From an uncultured Oscillospiraceae bacterium (GTDB lineage Bacteria; Bacillota; Clostridia; Oscillospirales; Ruminococcaceae): DNA of 64,000 nucleotides. The stretch is from positions 15,009-79,008 of the forward strand of contig CAZYSS010000001.1 of the NCBI GenBank assembly GCA_964649845.1, given 5' to 3'. Positions 10,407 through 19,055 of this stretch are shown here, piece after piece. The notes beneath the pieces were generated by a model. It was not told the DNA's origin and ran no database searches. It saw only the letters and a list, made by a program, of their open reading frames with translations. How positions within the stretch are numbered: the first letter of the stretch is position 1; each line of letters starts with the position of its first letter. Made by a program: the position numbers and the translations under genes.

Positions 10407-10463
10407 GAATGTCATTCTGAGGCTGGAAGCTGACGCGCACTGTTTTGCCCAGAATGACATTTT
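10407..10463. repeat. GTCATTCTGAG hairpin element (medium copy)
   Basis: GAATGTCATTCTGAG ... CAGAATGACATTTT inverted termini around a 28-nt core, between convergent genes. Confidence 0.75.
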
Positions 10464-10487
10464 GCTTTTTATTGAATTGTTATTTTG

Positions 10488-11882
10488 CTATTTTTCTATT
10501 GTCAGCGCTGCTGATTTGTTCAGCAGGTACGGGCGCACATAGCCCACAAGATTGGACAGCGGCAGCACACAGTCAGGCAGCTTAATGCCGATATTTTCTG
10601 TGATAAATTTTCTTCTGGCTTCTATTCTCTGCCACAGTTGTGGATAATCTGCCTTTATGCTGTTTCGCAGATTTTCATCAGCAAGGGCTATACATTCTTC
10701 CGCGCTGGCTCCTGAATAGCCTGCAACAGCTGGAATAATATCTGTCTGCAGCAGCATACCGCTTTTCAGTGTTTCCTGTGAATGTGGGTAAATCGGGGAC
10801 GACATCCACTCCTCATCTGCCACAAGATGACCAGGATTCAGATGCCAGTGATACTTTTCTTTCGGGAAAACGGAATCTATAATTTCATAGAACTGACCGC
10901 CTGTAATACCCGGATGAATATTTTCCAACCAAAAAGCTATTGCAGTAAAGTATGGAATGGCTGATTTTTCAAGGTAGTCCTGCAGATGGACTGGCAGCTG
11001 TGCCGTGTTCTCCACCGCATAACCGCTGTGGCTGGACAAGCCACCTTTATACCCTGTGGTCAAAGACATTTTGTCTCCATGACATACCTTTTTGCCTGTT
11101 GGATACAGATTGGCATATTCAAATCTGTTTCCTGTTGCAGCGATAGTCACCACACTGTTGGTCTGGCCATCTGCATTGAGAAGATTGCCCAGATAGTTTT
11201 CTTTCACCCCAACTTCTACAGCCTGCATGGCGTTCAGCATAGCGGTAGAGGCCAGGTTTGCGCCGTATTCATAGTGGGCGATTTCATTGGCGTTGTTTAC
11301 AGTACGCACACCCTTGTCTCCACGGACAAACAGATGGGTGGCATTTACTATATCCGCCTCTGTGTTCATACTTTTCACAGCATCCACTATAAAATATGGC
11401 AGGTCGAATATTTTTGAATTGTCGGTATGTGCGGCGGTGAACATTTTCCAGCCCACAATGCCGATTTTTTTGTCCTGTGAAAAATCTATTTCATTTAAAA
11501 CTGATGTCAGGCTTTTTTCATTGTCCATAGGCTGATTTGGCAGAGAGAAAAACGGGCTGTGATAAAGAATTGCCTTTATGCGGCAGTAATTTGCCATTTT
11601 CAGATTTTCATTGCCTAAAACCAGATATGCCCTGCCGTCCTTTTTCAGCACCAGCAGTCCCTCCTCAAATCGGGGAATAAAGCCGGTAAGATATTCAAAA
11701 TTGGAGCCGTGCTCCTTGTCTGCATAGATAATCAGACTGTCAAATTTTTCGTATGCCATTGCCGCCAGAACTTTCTGCAGGCGGTGTGTCATAGTTTCAT
11801 CTGTAAGAAAGACAGGCTCCACATCGCTGAAAGTGGCAGGTAGTGGTATATTTTTAAGCTGCACTGTTGGTTTATATTCCAT
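10488..11882 (-). CDS. M24-like (creatinase/aminopeptidase fold) protein
   Basis: 464 aa. The N-terminal creatinase-like region and the C-terminal pita-bread-like region are only loosely recognisable. Confidence 0.45.
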   Translation of the reverse strand: MEYKPTVQLKNIPLPATFSDVEPVFLTDETMTHRLQKVLAAMAYEKFDSLIIYADKEHGSNFEYLTGFIPRFEEGLLVLKKDGRAYLVLGNENLKMANYCRIKAILYHSPFFSLPNQPMDNEKSLTSVLNEIDFSQDKKIGIVGWKMFTAAHTDNSKIFDLPYFIVDAVKSMNTEADIVNATHLFVRGDKGVRTVNNANEIAHYEYGANLASTAMLNAMQAVEVGVKENYLGNLLNADGQTNSVVTIAATGNRFEYANLYPTGKKVCHGDKMSLTTGYKGGLSSHSGYAVENTAQLPVHLQDYLEKSAIPYFTAIAFWLENIHPGITGGQFYEIIDSVFPKEKYHWHLNPGHLVADEEWMSSPIYPHSQETLKSGMLLQTDIIPAVAGYSGASAEECIALADENLRNSIKADYPQLWQRIEARRKFITENIGIKLPDCVLPLSNLVGYVRPYLLNKSAALTIEK

Positions 11883-12011
11883 TTTATCTCCTGTAATTTT
11901 TTTCTGTAATTATTATATAAAAATCATATCACATTTATTTTCTTCACACAACAGAAAGGTCTGTCAGAATTGCTGTATACTGTAATCAGAAAATTCAAGG
12001 AGGATATGATT

Positions 12012-12278
12012 ATGAAAACAAAACTGACAGAAATAGTATTTATACTGGACCGCAGCGGCTCAATGGCAGGACCGGAAAAAGACACCATAGGCAGTTTCAA
12101 TTCCCTTATTGAAAAGCAGAAAACGGAAGAAGGCAATGCCTGTATTTCCACTGTTCTGTTTGACAACCGCAGTGAAATGCTGAATGATACTATTTCTTAT
12201 GTGCACTGCAGTGCAAAACCGCTGAACAGATGGTGGAGATGCCTCATTGAGGAAGATTTTAAAAACAGAGAAAAATAA
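12012..12278 (+). pseudogene. Truncated or internally deleted vWA-domain gene
   Basis: The N-terminus TEIVFILDRSGSMAG has the MIDAS DxSxS motif and FNSLIEKQK...VLFDN typical of roughly 200-aa vWA proteins. The ORF ends after 88 aa. Confidence 0.45.
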
Positions 12279-12347
12279 TCAGCTGATTTTACACTTCCTT
12301 ACGCTTCCCATCATTTTTATTTATAGATATAAATTTATTGATAACAA

Positions 12348-12377
12348 TTGACTTGTATACAAGTTGTAAAGTATAAT
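12348..12377 (+). promoter_or_regulatory. Sigma-A-type promoter with embedded 14-bp perfect palindrome
   Basis: TTGACT, 18-nt spacer, TATAAT. ACTTGTATACAAGT (12351-12364) overlaps the -35 box and the spacer. Confidence 0.5.
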
Positions 12378-12425
12378 ATACTGGAAATGGTGTCTACAGG
12401 CACAAATAAAAGAAGGAGATAAACA

Positions 12426-14303
12426 ATGAAAAAATTACTTTCACTGGTACTGGCTATGTGTATGGTATTTACAGCTTGCTCCACAGGTACAAGCGGTATT
12501 TTCAAAGCAGGCACATATGAAGGTACAGCAGAAGGCTTCAACGGCGATGTAACAATGTCTGTTACTGTTGACGAAAACACAATCGTTTCCATTGAAGTTG
12601 TTTCACACTCTGAAAGCACAGGTATTTCTGACCCTGCTTTCAACAATCTGGTAGAAGATATTGTAAAATATCAGACAGTTGCACTTGATGCAGTTGCAGG
12701 TTGTACATACTCTTCAGAAGCTGTTCTGGCAGCTGTAAAATCAGCTCTGCTGGCAGCAGGTGCTTCTGAAGCAGACATTACAAAAGCTCCAACACTGGAA
12801 ACAGACACAGAAGCTAAAACATATGAAGCTGATGTTGTTATCATCGGTGCTGGCGGTGCCGGTATGACAGCTGCTCTGGAAGCTGCAAAAGCAGGTGCTA
12901 CAGTTCTGGTTCTGGACAAAACAGCATCTGTTGGCGGTAACACAATCGCTGCAGGTTCTGCTGTAAACGCCGCTGACCCAGCAAGACAGGAAAAATCCAC
13001 AATGGGCGCTTCTGAACTGGCAAAAATCGAAGAACTGCTTGAACTGGAAGCTAAAAACGACCTGATGGCCAAATGGCAGGCTGACGTAAAAGCTGACCTG
13101 GATGCTTACAAAGCAAATGGTGAAACATATCTGTACGACAGTGCATCACTGCACGCTCTGCAGACATATGTAGGCGGTGACTATGTAGCTAACCCTGAAC
13201 TGATTGACGTATTTACAAAAGGTGCAGTAAAAGCTATCAGCTACCTGGAAGAACTGGGTGCAAAATGGGATGATCTCTGTTCCGCAGCTATCGGTGCTAC
13301 ATGGCAGAGAAGCCATACACCGGATATTACAATCTGGGGCGGTAAAGGTGCTTCCTTTGTTCTGCCACAGTACGAAGCAGCAAAAGAACTGGGCGCTGAA
13401 GTAATGCTGGAACACACAGCTGAAGAACTTATTATGGAAGACGGCAGAGTTACAGGCGTTAAAGGTGTAACAGCTGACGGTGCGCAGTTTACAGCAAAAG
13501 CAAACAAATCTGTTATCATTGCCACAGGCGGTTTCGGTGCAAACGTAGAAATGCGCCAGAAATACAACAAATACTGGGCAACACTGGACGAATCCATTAT
13601 GACAACAAACGTACCATCTGCAACAGGTGACGGTATCGTTATGGCTGAAGCTGCAGGTGCAAACCTGGTTGGCATGGAATGGATTCAGATGCTGACATAT
13701 CCATTGGGAGGCAGTTTCTCCGCATCTATCGACAATGTTATCTATGTTGACTACAACGGTAACCGTGTAGTAAGGGAAGACGGCCGTCGTGACGAAATCG
13801 CTGGCGCAGCTCTGGAAGCTCCAGATGCTATCCTTTCCTGGATTACAGACCAGCACGAATATGAACGTCTTGGTGGTATGAGCACAGGTGGTGCTAAATT
13901 CGAAGACCAGATTGCAGCAGGCAAAATGTGGAAAGCTGACACTCTGGAAGAACTGGGCGAACAGATGGGCATTGACGGCGAACAGCTGGCAAAAACAGTT
14001 GAAGAATACAACAAAGCTGTTGAAACAGGTGTAGATGCTCTGGGCCGTCAGGTATTCGGCGAAAAACTGGACAAAGCTCCATACTATGGTATCAAATCCA
14101 CAGCTATGGTTCACCACACAATGGGTGGTATCGAAATCAACACAAACTGTGAAGTTCTGGACACAGAAGGCAACGTAATCCCTGGTCTGTATGCAGCAGG
14201 CGAAGTTACAGGTGGTATCCATGGTTCTAACCGTCTTGGCGGTAACGCAGTTGCAGATGTACTGGTATTCGGTCAGATTGCTGGTCAGAACGCAGCTAAA
14301 TAA
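12426..14303 (+). CDS. Lipoprotein flavin reductase: FMN-bind domain fused to an FAD-dependent fumarate/urocanate-reductase-like flavoprotein
   Basis: Lipobox VFTAC. FMN_bind-like region with DAVAGCTYSS. FAD dinucleotide fold DVVIIGAGGAGMTAALEA. C-terminal HHTMGGI and GLYAAGEVTGGIHGSNRLGGNA. Confidence 0.85.
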   Translation: MKKLLSLVLAMCMVFTACSTGTSGIFKAGTYEGTAEGFNGDVTMSVTVDENTIVSIEVVSHSESTGISDPAFNNLVEDIVKYQTVALDAVAGCTYSSEAVLAAVKSALLAAGASEADITKAPTLETDTEAKTYEADVVIIGAGGAGMTAALEAAKAGATVLVLDKTASVGGNTIAAGSAVNAADPARQEKSTMGASELAKIEELLELEAKNDLMAKWQADVKADLDAYKANGETYLYDSASLHALQTYVGGDYVANPELIDVFTKGAVKAISYLEELGAKWDDLCSAAIGATWQRSHTPDITIWGGKGASFVLPQYEAAKELGAEVMLEHTAEELIMEDGRVTGVKGVTADGAQFTAKANKSVIIATGGFGANVEMRQKYNKYWATLDESIMTTNVPSATGDGIVMAEAAGANLVGMEWIQMLTYPLGGSFSASIDNVIYVDYNGNRVVREDGRRDEIAGAALEAPDAILSWITDQHEYERLGGMSTGGAKFEDQIAAGKMWKADTLEELGEQMGIDGEQLAKTVEEYNKAVETGVDALGRQVFGEKLDKAPYYGIKSTAMVHHTMGGIEINTNCEVLDTEGNVIPGLYAAGEVTGGIHGSNRLGGNAVADVLVFGQIAGQNAAK

Positions 14304-14321
14304 TAATTATTTCAGATAAAA

Positions 14322-14346
14322 GGGGCAGCCACGCTGCTCCTTTTTT
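14322..14346 (+). terminator. Intrinsic terminator
   Basis: GGGGCAGC / GCTGCTCC stem followed by TTTTTT. Confidence 0.75.
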
Positions 14347-14494
14347 GTTTTGTCATTTTCCTGCCGTCAACAAACCCAACACAATTTCCACATATTACCG
14401 GAATATAATAAAGAACTGATATTACCTCGGTTTTTACAGCTATTATTGCTGTGTGGCGCACTGAAATGCTGTAAATCCAATACATCTGTCTATA

Positions 14495-14523
14495 TTGTTA
14501 AAAAATTGTTTTTATGGTATAAT
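14495..14523 (+). promoter_or_regulatory. Putative promoter of the DUF1538 operon
   Basis: TTGTTA, 17-nt spacer, TATAAT with an extended TG. Confidence 0.5.
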
Positions 14524-14593
14524 GTTAGAATTATGTGAGGAAATCGGTCTAATTATAAACTTTATATAAAATCAACAAGGAAGGTGATATTAG

Positions 14594-16117
14594 TTGAAAG
14601 AATTGGGTGAAAAAATCCGCGAAGCGCTGGTGTCCACATTGCCTATCACAATGCTGGTATATCTGGTGGCGCTTATGCCAGGGTTTGCATTTAACCGTCT
14701 TGAACTGGTTACATTTACCATCGGCGCGGTACTGCTTGTGCTGGGTATAGGCTTTTTCAATCTGGGTGCAGACATAGCTATGACTCCTATGGGTGTACAC
14801 GTTGGTTCCGGTCTGTCAAAACAGCGCAACATCAGCCTGTTGCTGATTGTGTGCTTTGTGCTGGGTATGCTGATTACCGTGGCTGAACCGGACCTGCAGG
14901 TGCTGGCAAACCAGGTAAGCAGTATTATGAACGGCAAGCTGCTGATATACACAGTGGGCTTTGGCGTGGGCAGTTTTCTGGTAATTGCCATTCTGCGAAT
15001 TGTTTTCAGGGTAAAGCTGTCACAGTTGCTGATGCTTTTCTATATGCTGCTGTTTGCACTGGCACTGATTCTGTCTGTAAATGACAATCTGGACCTGCTG
15101 CCTATGGCATTTGACTCCGGCGGCGTAACCACAGGGCCTATCACTGTGCCGTTTATTATGGCATTGGGTATTGGTATTTCCAACATTCTGGGTGACCGCC
15201 ACAGCCGGGACAACAGCTTTGGTCTGGTGGCGCTGTGCTCCATAGGGCCGGTCCTGTCTGTACTGGTGCTGGGCATATTTGCCAGCAACAATCTGGAATA
15301 CACCGTAAGCTATGGCGCTGTGGAAGAAAATATACTCCACGCATATATGGAAAATGCATTCCACACAGCAAAGGAAGTTGCTGTTGCACTGGGATTGATT
15401 GTATTTTTCTTTATGCTGTGCCAGGTGCTGTTCCTGAAGCTGAACAGAAAACAGCTGACAAAAATCGGTCTGGGCGTGGTATTTACATATATTGGTCTTG
15501 TAATGTTCCTGACTGGTGTAAACGTGGGTTATATGCCAATAGGCTACAAAATGGGTATACAGCTGGCAAGCCTGCCTGCACCTGTGCTGGTAGCTGTGGG
15601 CCTGTTTATGGGCATAATGGTGGTTATGGCAGAGCCTGCCATCCACGTGCTGAATGTTCAGGTAGAAGAAGTTACCGGTGGCTATGTAAGCAAAAGGTCT
15701 ATGATGATGGGCCTGTGTGCCGGTGTAGGTCTGGCAATCGCCCTGAGCGTAATCAGGATTATCTACGATTTTTCCCTGGTATATTATATTATTCCGGGTT
15801 ACTTTATTTCACTGGCACTGTCGTTGTTTGTACCGCCTGTGTACACAGCCATTGCCTTTGACTCCGGCGGCGTGGCCAGCGGCCCTATGACCAGTGGCTT
15901 TATACTGCCGTTTGCCATAGGCGTATGCGTGGCACTGCAGGGAGAGGCAGCTGTGCTGCGAAACGGTTTCGGTGTGGTGGCTATGGTGGCCATGGTACCG
16001 CTGATTACAATACAGATGCTGGGCTTTAAAGCAATCGTTTCCAACGTTGTGAAAGAAAAACGTGCGATGAAACGTATCCTTAAGGCAGACGATGAAGTTA
16101 TCATCAATTTTATGTAA
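14594..16117 (+). CDS. DUF1538-family integral membrane protein (internally duplicated)
   Basis: TTG start with a GGAAGGTGA RBS. About 12 or more TM segments. The motif AFDSGGV(T/A)(T/S)GP(I/M)T occurs twice, about 249 aa apart. Confidence 0.75.
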   Translation: MKELGEKIREALVSTLPITMLVYLVALMPGFAFNRLELVTFTIGAVLLVLGIGFFNLGADIAMTPMGVHVGSGLSKQRNISLLLIVCFVLGMLITVAEPDLQVLANQVSSIMNGKLLIYTVGFGVGSFLVIAILRIVFRVKLSQLLMLFYMLLFALALILSVNDNLDLLPMAFDSGGVTTGPITVPFIMALGIGISNILGDRHSRDNSFGLVALCSIGPVLSVLVLGIFASNNLEYTVSYGAVEENILHAYMENAFHTAKEVAVALGLIVFFFMLCQVLFLKLNRKQLTKIGLGVVFTYIGLVMFLTGVNVGYMPIGYKMGIQLASLPAPVLVAVGLFMGIMVVMAEPAIHVLNVQVEEVTGGYVSKRSMMMGLCAGVGLAIALSVIRIIYDFSLVYYIIPGYFISLALSLFVPPVYTAIAFDSGGVASGPMTSGFILPFAIGVCVALQGEAAVLRNGFGVVAMVAMVPLITIQMLGFKAIVSNVVKEKRAMKRILKADDEVIINFM

Positions 16118-16128
16118 GGAGGCAGATT

Positions 16129-16497
16129 ATGGCAAACACAATAAACGAATCAGCCATCAAAAAGCTGAAATTGATTATAACAGTGGTGGACAGAGCCAAA
16201 TCAGAATTCTATCTGGATTTATTGAGCCAGTTTGAGGTGAATTTCCAGATGGTGACCAGCGGCAAAGGCACCGCACAGTCTGAAATTATTGAAATGCTGG
16301 GACTGAACATAAACAAAGCTGTTATCCTGAGCGTTGTGCGCGAGGATATGGTGGAACCGGTTATAAAAACTCTGGAAGAAAAGTTTGAAACAATACGCAA
16401 CGGCAAGGGTATTGCAATTGCAGTGCCGCTGTCCGGCGTAATCGGTGTGAATATGTATCAGTTCCTGAGCAACTACAGACAAGGCAGGGAGGAATAA
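16129..16497 (+). CDS. PII-like signal-transduction protein (paralog 1)
   Basis: About 120 aa with a beta-alpha-beta-beta-alpha-beta pattern. C-terminal GKGIAIAVPL resembles the PII B-loop GDGKIFV. Starts 11 nt after the DUF1538 stop. Confidence 0.65.
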   Translation: MANTINESAIKKLKLIITVVDRAKSEFYLDLLSQFEVNFQMVTSGKGTAQSEIIEMLGLNINKAVILSVVREDMVEPVIKTLEEKFETIRNGKGIAIAVPLSGVIGVNMYQFLSNYRQGREE

Positions 16498-16499
16498 CC

Positions 16500-16847
16500 A
16501 TGACAACAAATACACATGAAGTAATTTTTGCCATTGTGAATGCTGGCTATGCTGAAGAAGCTATGCAGGTAGCCCGTGACCACGGTGCACGCGGCGGCAC
16601 AATAATAAGCGGCCGTGGCGTGGCAAGAGAAAAAGAAGCCGCATTTTTCGGCATTACAATAAATCCTGAAAAGGAACTGCTTATGCTGGTGGTGGACAAA
16701 TCCATCCGCGATGGTATTTTCCACGCACTTTATCAGCATATGGGTATGCAGCAGAAAGCACAGGGCATCATTTTTGCCCTGCCTGTGGCAGAAGCAGCAG
16801 GTCTTTCTGCACCGGAACAGAAAACAGGTGAAGAAATTACTGTATAA
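16500..16847 (+). CDS. PII-like signal-transduction protein (paralog 2)
   Basis: VIFAIVN...GGTIISGRG...LLMLVV...QGIIFALPV has PII-like topology. Starts 2 nt after the preceding stop. Confidence 0.65.
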   Translation: MTTNTHEVIFAIVNAGYAEEAMQVARDHGARGGTIISGRGVAREKEAAFFGITINPEKELLMLVVDKSIRDGIFHALYQHMGMQQKAQGIIFALPVAEAAGLSAPEQKTGEEITV

Positions 16848-16853
16848 CAAAGG

Positions 16854-16884
16854 CAGACTCTGTGAAAACAGGGTCTGTTTTTTT
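16854..16884 (+). terminator. Intrinsic terminator
   Basis: CAGACTCTG / CAGGGTCTG stem followed by TTTTTTT. Confidence 0.75.
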
Positions 16885-16959
16885 GTTAAATAATTCTGTT
16901 ATTTACAGCAGAATGTGATATAATAGTGGCAAACCGAAGAAACGCAAGGGGAACGGAAA

Positions 16960-18039
16960 ATGGATATAAAAGAAAAAGTATTCAAGGACAATGGCAACTG
17001 GTACAAAGGCAATCTGCACGCCCATACCACCACATCTGACGGCAAGCTGACACCGGAAAAATCTGTGCTGGTATACAAACAGCACGGCTATTCATTTATG
17101 TGTCTGTCAGACCACGATATATACACAGACCTGCGCGACAAACTGGATAGCGAAGACTTTATCACCCTGCCAAGCGTGGAGGGCAGTGTGCGTATGGTTG
17201 ATTCTTCTGCCTTGCCGGGAATCGATGTAGAAAAATTCACAGAGGGCAAAGGCTATGCAGATTTTACTCTTGATGATTTGTATGAAAAGCTGTATGCAGC
17301 AGGAGAATACCGACTGCTGAAAACCCACCATATCCATGGCATTCTGGGCAACAAGGCAATGCAGGCAGTTGCCGGGGACAAGCTGATAAAAAACAATGAA
17401 CTGACACCAATAAGGGTATATTTTGACAGCTGGGACGGTGTGAAGGCCGCACAGGACCTGTCTGATTATCTGAAAGAGAAAGGCTGTTTCACCACATACA
17501 ACCACCCTATATGGTCACGCGTGGATTTTGAGGATGTGAAAGGCATTGAAGGCTTCTGGGGGCTGGAGGTATACAACTATGCCACGGTAAACGAATGTGG
17601 CGAAGGTGAAGACACCACATTTCTGGAAATGCTGCTGCGCAGCGGCACAGACATAAATGTGTTCGCCTCTGATGACAACCACAACGAGGGGGTATATCCT
17701 GACAGCTTTGGCGGTTTTGTAATGGTGCAGGCAGATGCCCTGACCCACGAAGATATAGTAAACAGTCTGCTGGAGGGCAGATACTATGCGTCCAGCGGCG
17801 CAGTGATAAACCAGTGGGGTGTAAAAGACGGTCAGGTTTATGTAGACTGTGAGGGTGCCAAAAGAGTAAACTTTATCTTTGGGGGCAAAGTGGGCTGCAG
17901 CCGCAGCGTGGTATATGCCAACGACTTGTCGCTGAAACACGTGATGTGCCCTGTGCAGGGTATTGAAACCTATGTGCGCATTGAAGTGATTGATATGAAC
18001 GGCAAAAAAGCCTGGACAAACCCTATAAGACTGAAATAA
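16960..18039 (+). CDS. PHP-domain metallohydrolase (CehA/McbA-like)
   Basis: N-terminal GNLHAHTTTSDG is a PHP motif, followed by SDHD. Confidence 0.6.
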   Translation: MDIKEKVFKDNGNWYKGNLHAHTTTSDGKLTPEKSVLVYKQHGYSFMCLSDHDIYTDLRDKLDSEDFITLPSVEGSVRMVDSSALPGIDVEKFTEGKGYADFTLDDLYEKLYAAGEYRLLKTHHIHGILGNKAMQAVAGDKLIKNNELTPIRVYFDSWDGVKAAQDLSDYLKEKGCFTTYNHPIWSRVDFEDVKGIEGFWGLEVYNYATVNECGEGEDTTFLEMLLRSGTDINVFASDDNHNEGVYPDSFGGFVMVQADALTHEDIVNSLLEGRYYASSGAVINQWGVKDGQVYVDCEGAKRVNFIFGGKVGCSRSVVYANDLSLKHVMCPVQGIETYVRIEVIDMNGKKAWTNPIRLK

Positions 18040-18043
18040 ATAA

Positions 18044-18073
18044 ACAGGCACAGCTGATGCTGTGCCTGTTTTT
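18044..18073. terminator. Bidirectional intrinsic terminator
   Basis: ACAGGCACAGC tgat GCTGTGCCTGT, an 11-bp stem flanked by A-runs and T-runs. Confidence 0.85.
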
Positions 18074-18113
18074 GTGTTCATCTATAATACGGTCAAAGTT
18101 TTCTGATTATTGT

Positions 18114-18656
18114 TTAATAATTGCTCCAATAATACCATGCAGACATTTCCACATCTGTACCTTTCAGTTCTCCATTCAGAGCAAACACTGTTACACATGT
18201 TGTGTCATATGTTTTGCCACCATCAGTTGACACAGCTTTATAAACCATAAGGGTATGTTTATCTGTATCAAATCCGGAAACTATATTTGGAGCAGAGTCC
18301 CATTCTACATCATATACCTGTTCTATATTTTCAGTGTGTTTCAAAAATGTCTTTTTGCCTGTATATTTTTTGCCATTGATTTTAAGCACAACTGTGTCGG
18401 GGCCATCAACCACCAAACTACATTTACCCATTTCAGAAATGTCGCCATTCAGATACTCTCCATAAGCCTCCAGTTCAACTTTATAAAGTTCCAGTTTTGT
18501 TTTGCCCCCATTTGAAAAAACAAAACACCCCACCAGTGCAATAACCGCAATTATTATCACAGGTAATAATTTTTTCACCTTCAATGATTTTGCATGGGTT
18601 TCAATGTTATGGCTTCCCTCTTTTTCAACTGACTGCAATATTTCCTTGTTTTCCAT
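18114..18656 (-). CDS. Hypothetical membrane-anchored protein
   Basis: Start set at the Met preceded by AAGGAGGA. Has a single N-terminal TM segment. No family recognised. Confidence 0.55.
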   Translation of the reverse strand: MENKEILQSVEKEGSHNIETHAKSLKVKKLLPVIIIAVIALVGCFVFSNGGKTKLELYKVELEAYGEYLNGDISEMGKCSLVVDGPDTVVLKINGKKYTGKKTFLKHTENIEQVYDVEWDSAPNIVSGFDTDKHTLMVYKAVSTDGGKTYDTTCVTVFALNGELKGTDVEMSAWYYWSNY

Positions 18657-18778
18657 TTTATCCTCCTTTTGTAACATTACTGTCACAATTCTTTTTTATT
18701 ATTTTAGTAAATATGTGTACTAAAGTCAATAGTAAATATGTTTACTATGCTATGCTTTCACTTAAAGGAGGCTGGCAG

Positions 18779-18994
18779 ATGGAATATATACGAATTATAA
18801 GAGACTTGCGAGAAGACAATGATAAAACTCAACAGGAAATAGCAGATGTTCTTGGAACTTCACAGACTATGTATGCACGCTATGAACGAGGAGCCAACGA
18901 AATACCAGTACGACATATACTGACTTTGTGCAGATATTATAATGTTTCAGCCGACTATATATTGGGATTGAGTAAAAACAAAGAAATAAAATAA
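18779..18994 (+). CDS. XRE-family helix-turn-helix transcriptional regulator, 71 aa
   Basis: The core QQEIADVLGTSQTMYARYERG is typical of HTH_3. AAAGGAGG RBS. The ORF-track start at 18584 is too far upstream. Confidence 0.8.
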   Translation: MEYIRIIRDLREDNDKTQQEIADVLGTSQTMYARYERGANEIPVRHILTLCRYYNVSADYILGLSKNKEIK

Positions 18995-19022
18995 GCCACT
19001 CCGAAATGTTGCGCGGAGTGGC
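18995..19022. terminator. Hairpin terminator between convergent genes
   Basis: GCCACTCCG / CGGAGTGGC stem. The T-tracts are weak. Confidence 0.55.
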
Positions 19023-19055
19023 TTATGCTTTTGCAATATATTTTATGCCGTTTTA

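Noticed and set aside
14350-14538. 62-aa ORF in the gap before the DUF1538 gene.
   Set aside because: It has no RBS. It overlaps the predicted promoter (TTGTTA/TATAAT at 14495-14523). Its composition is non-protein-like.
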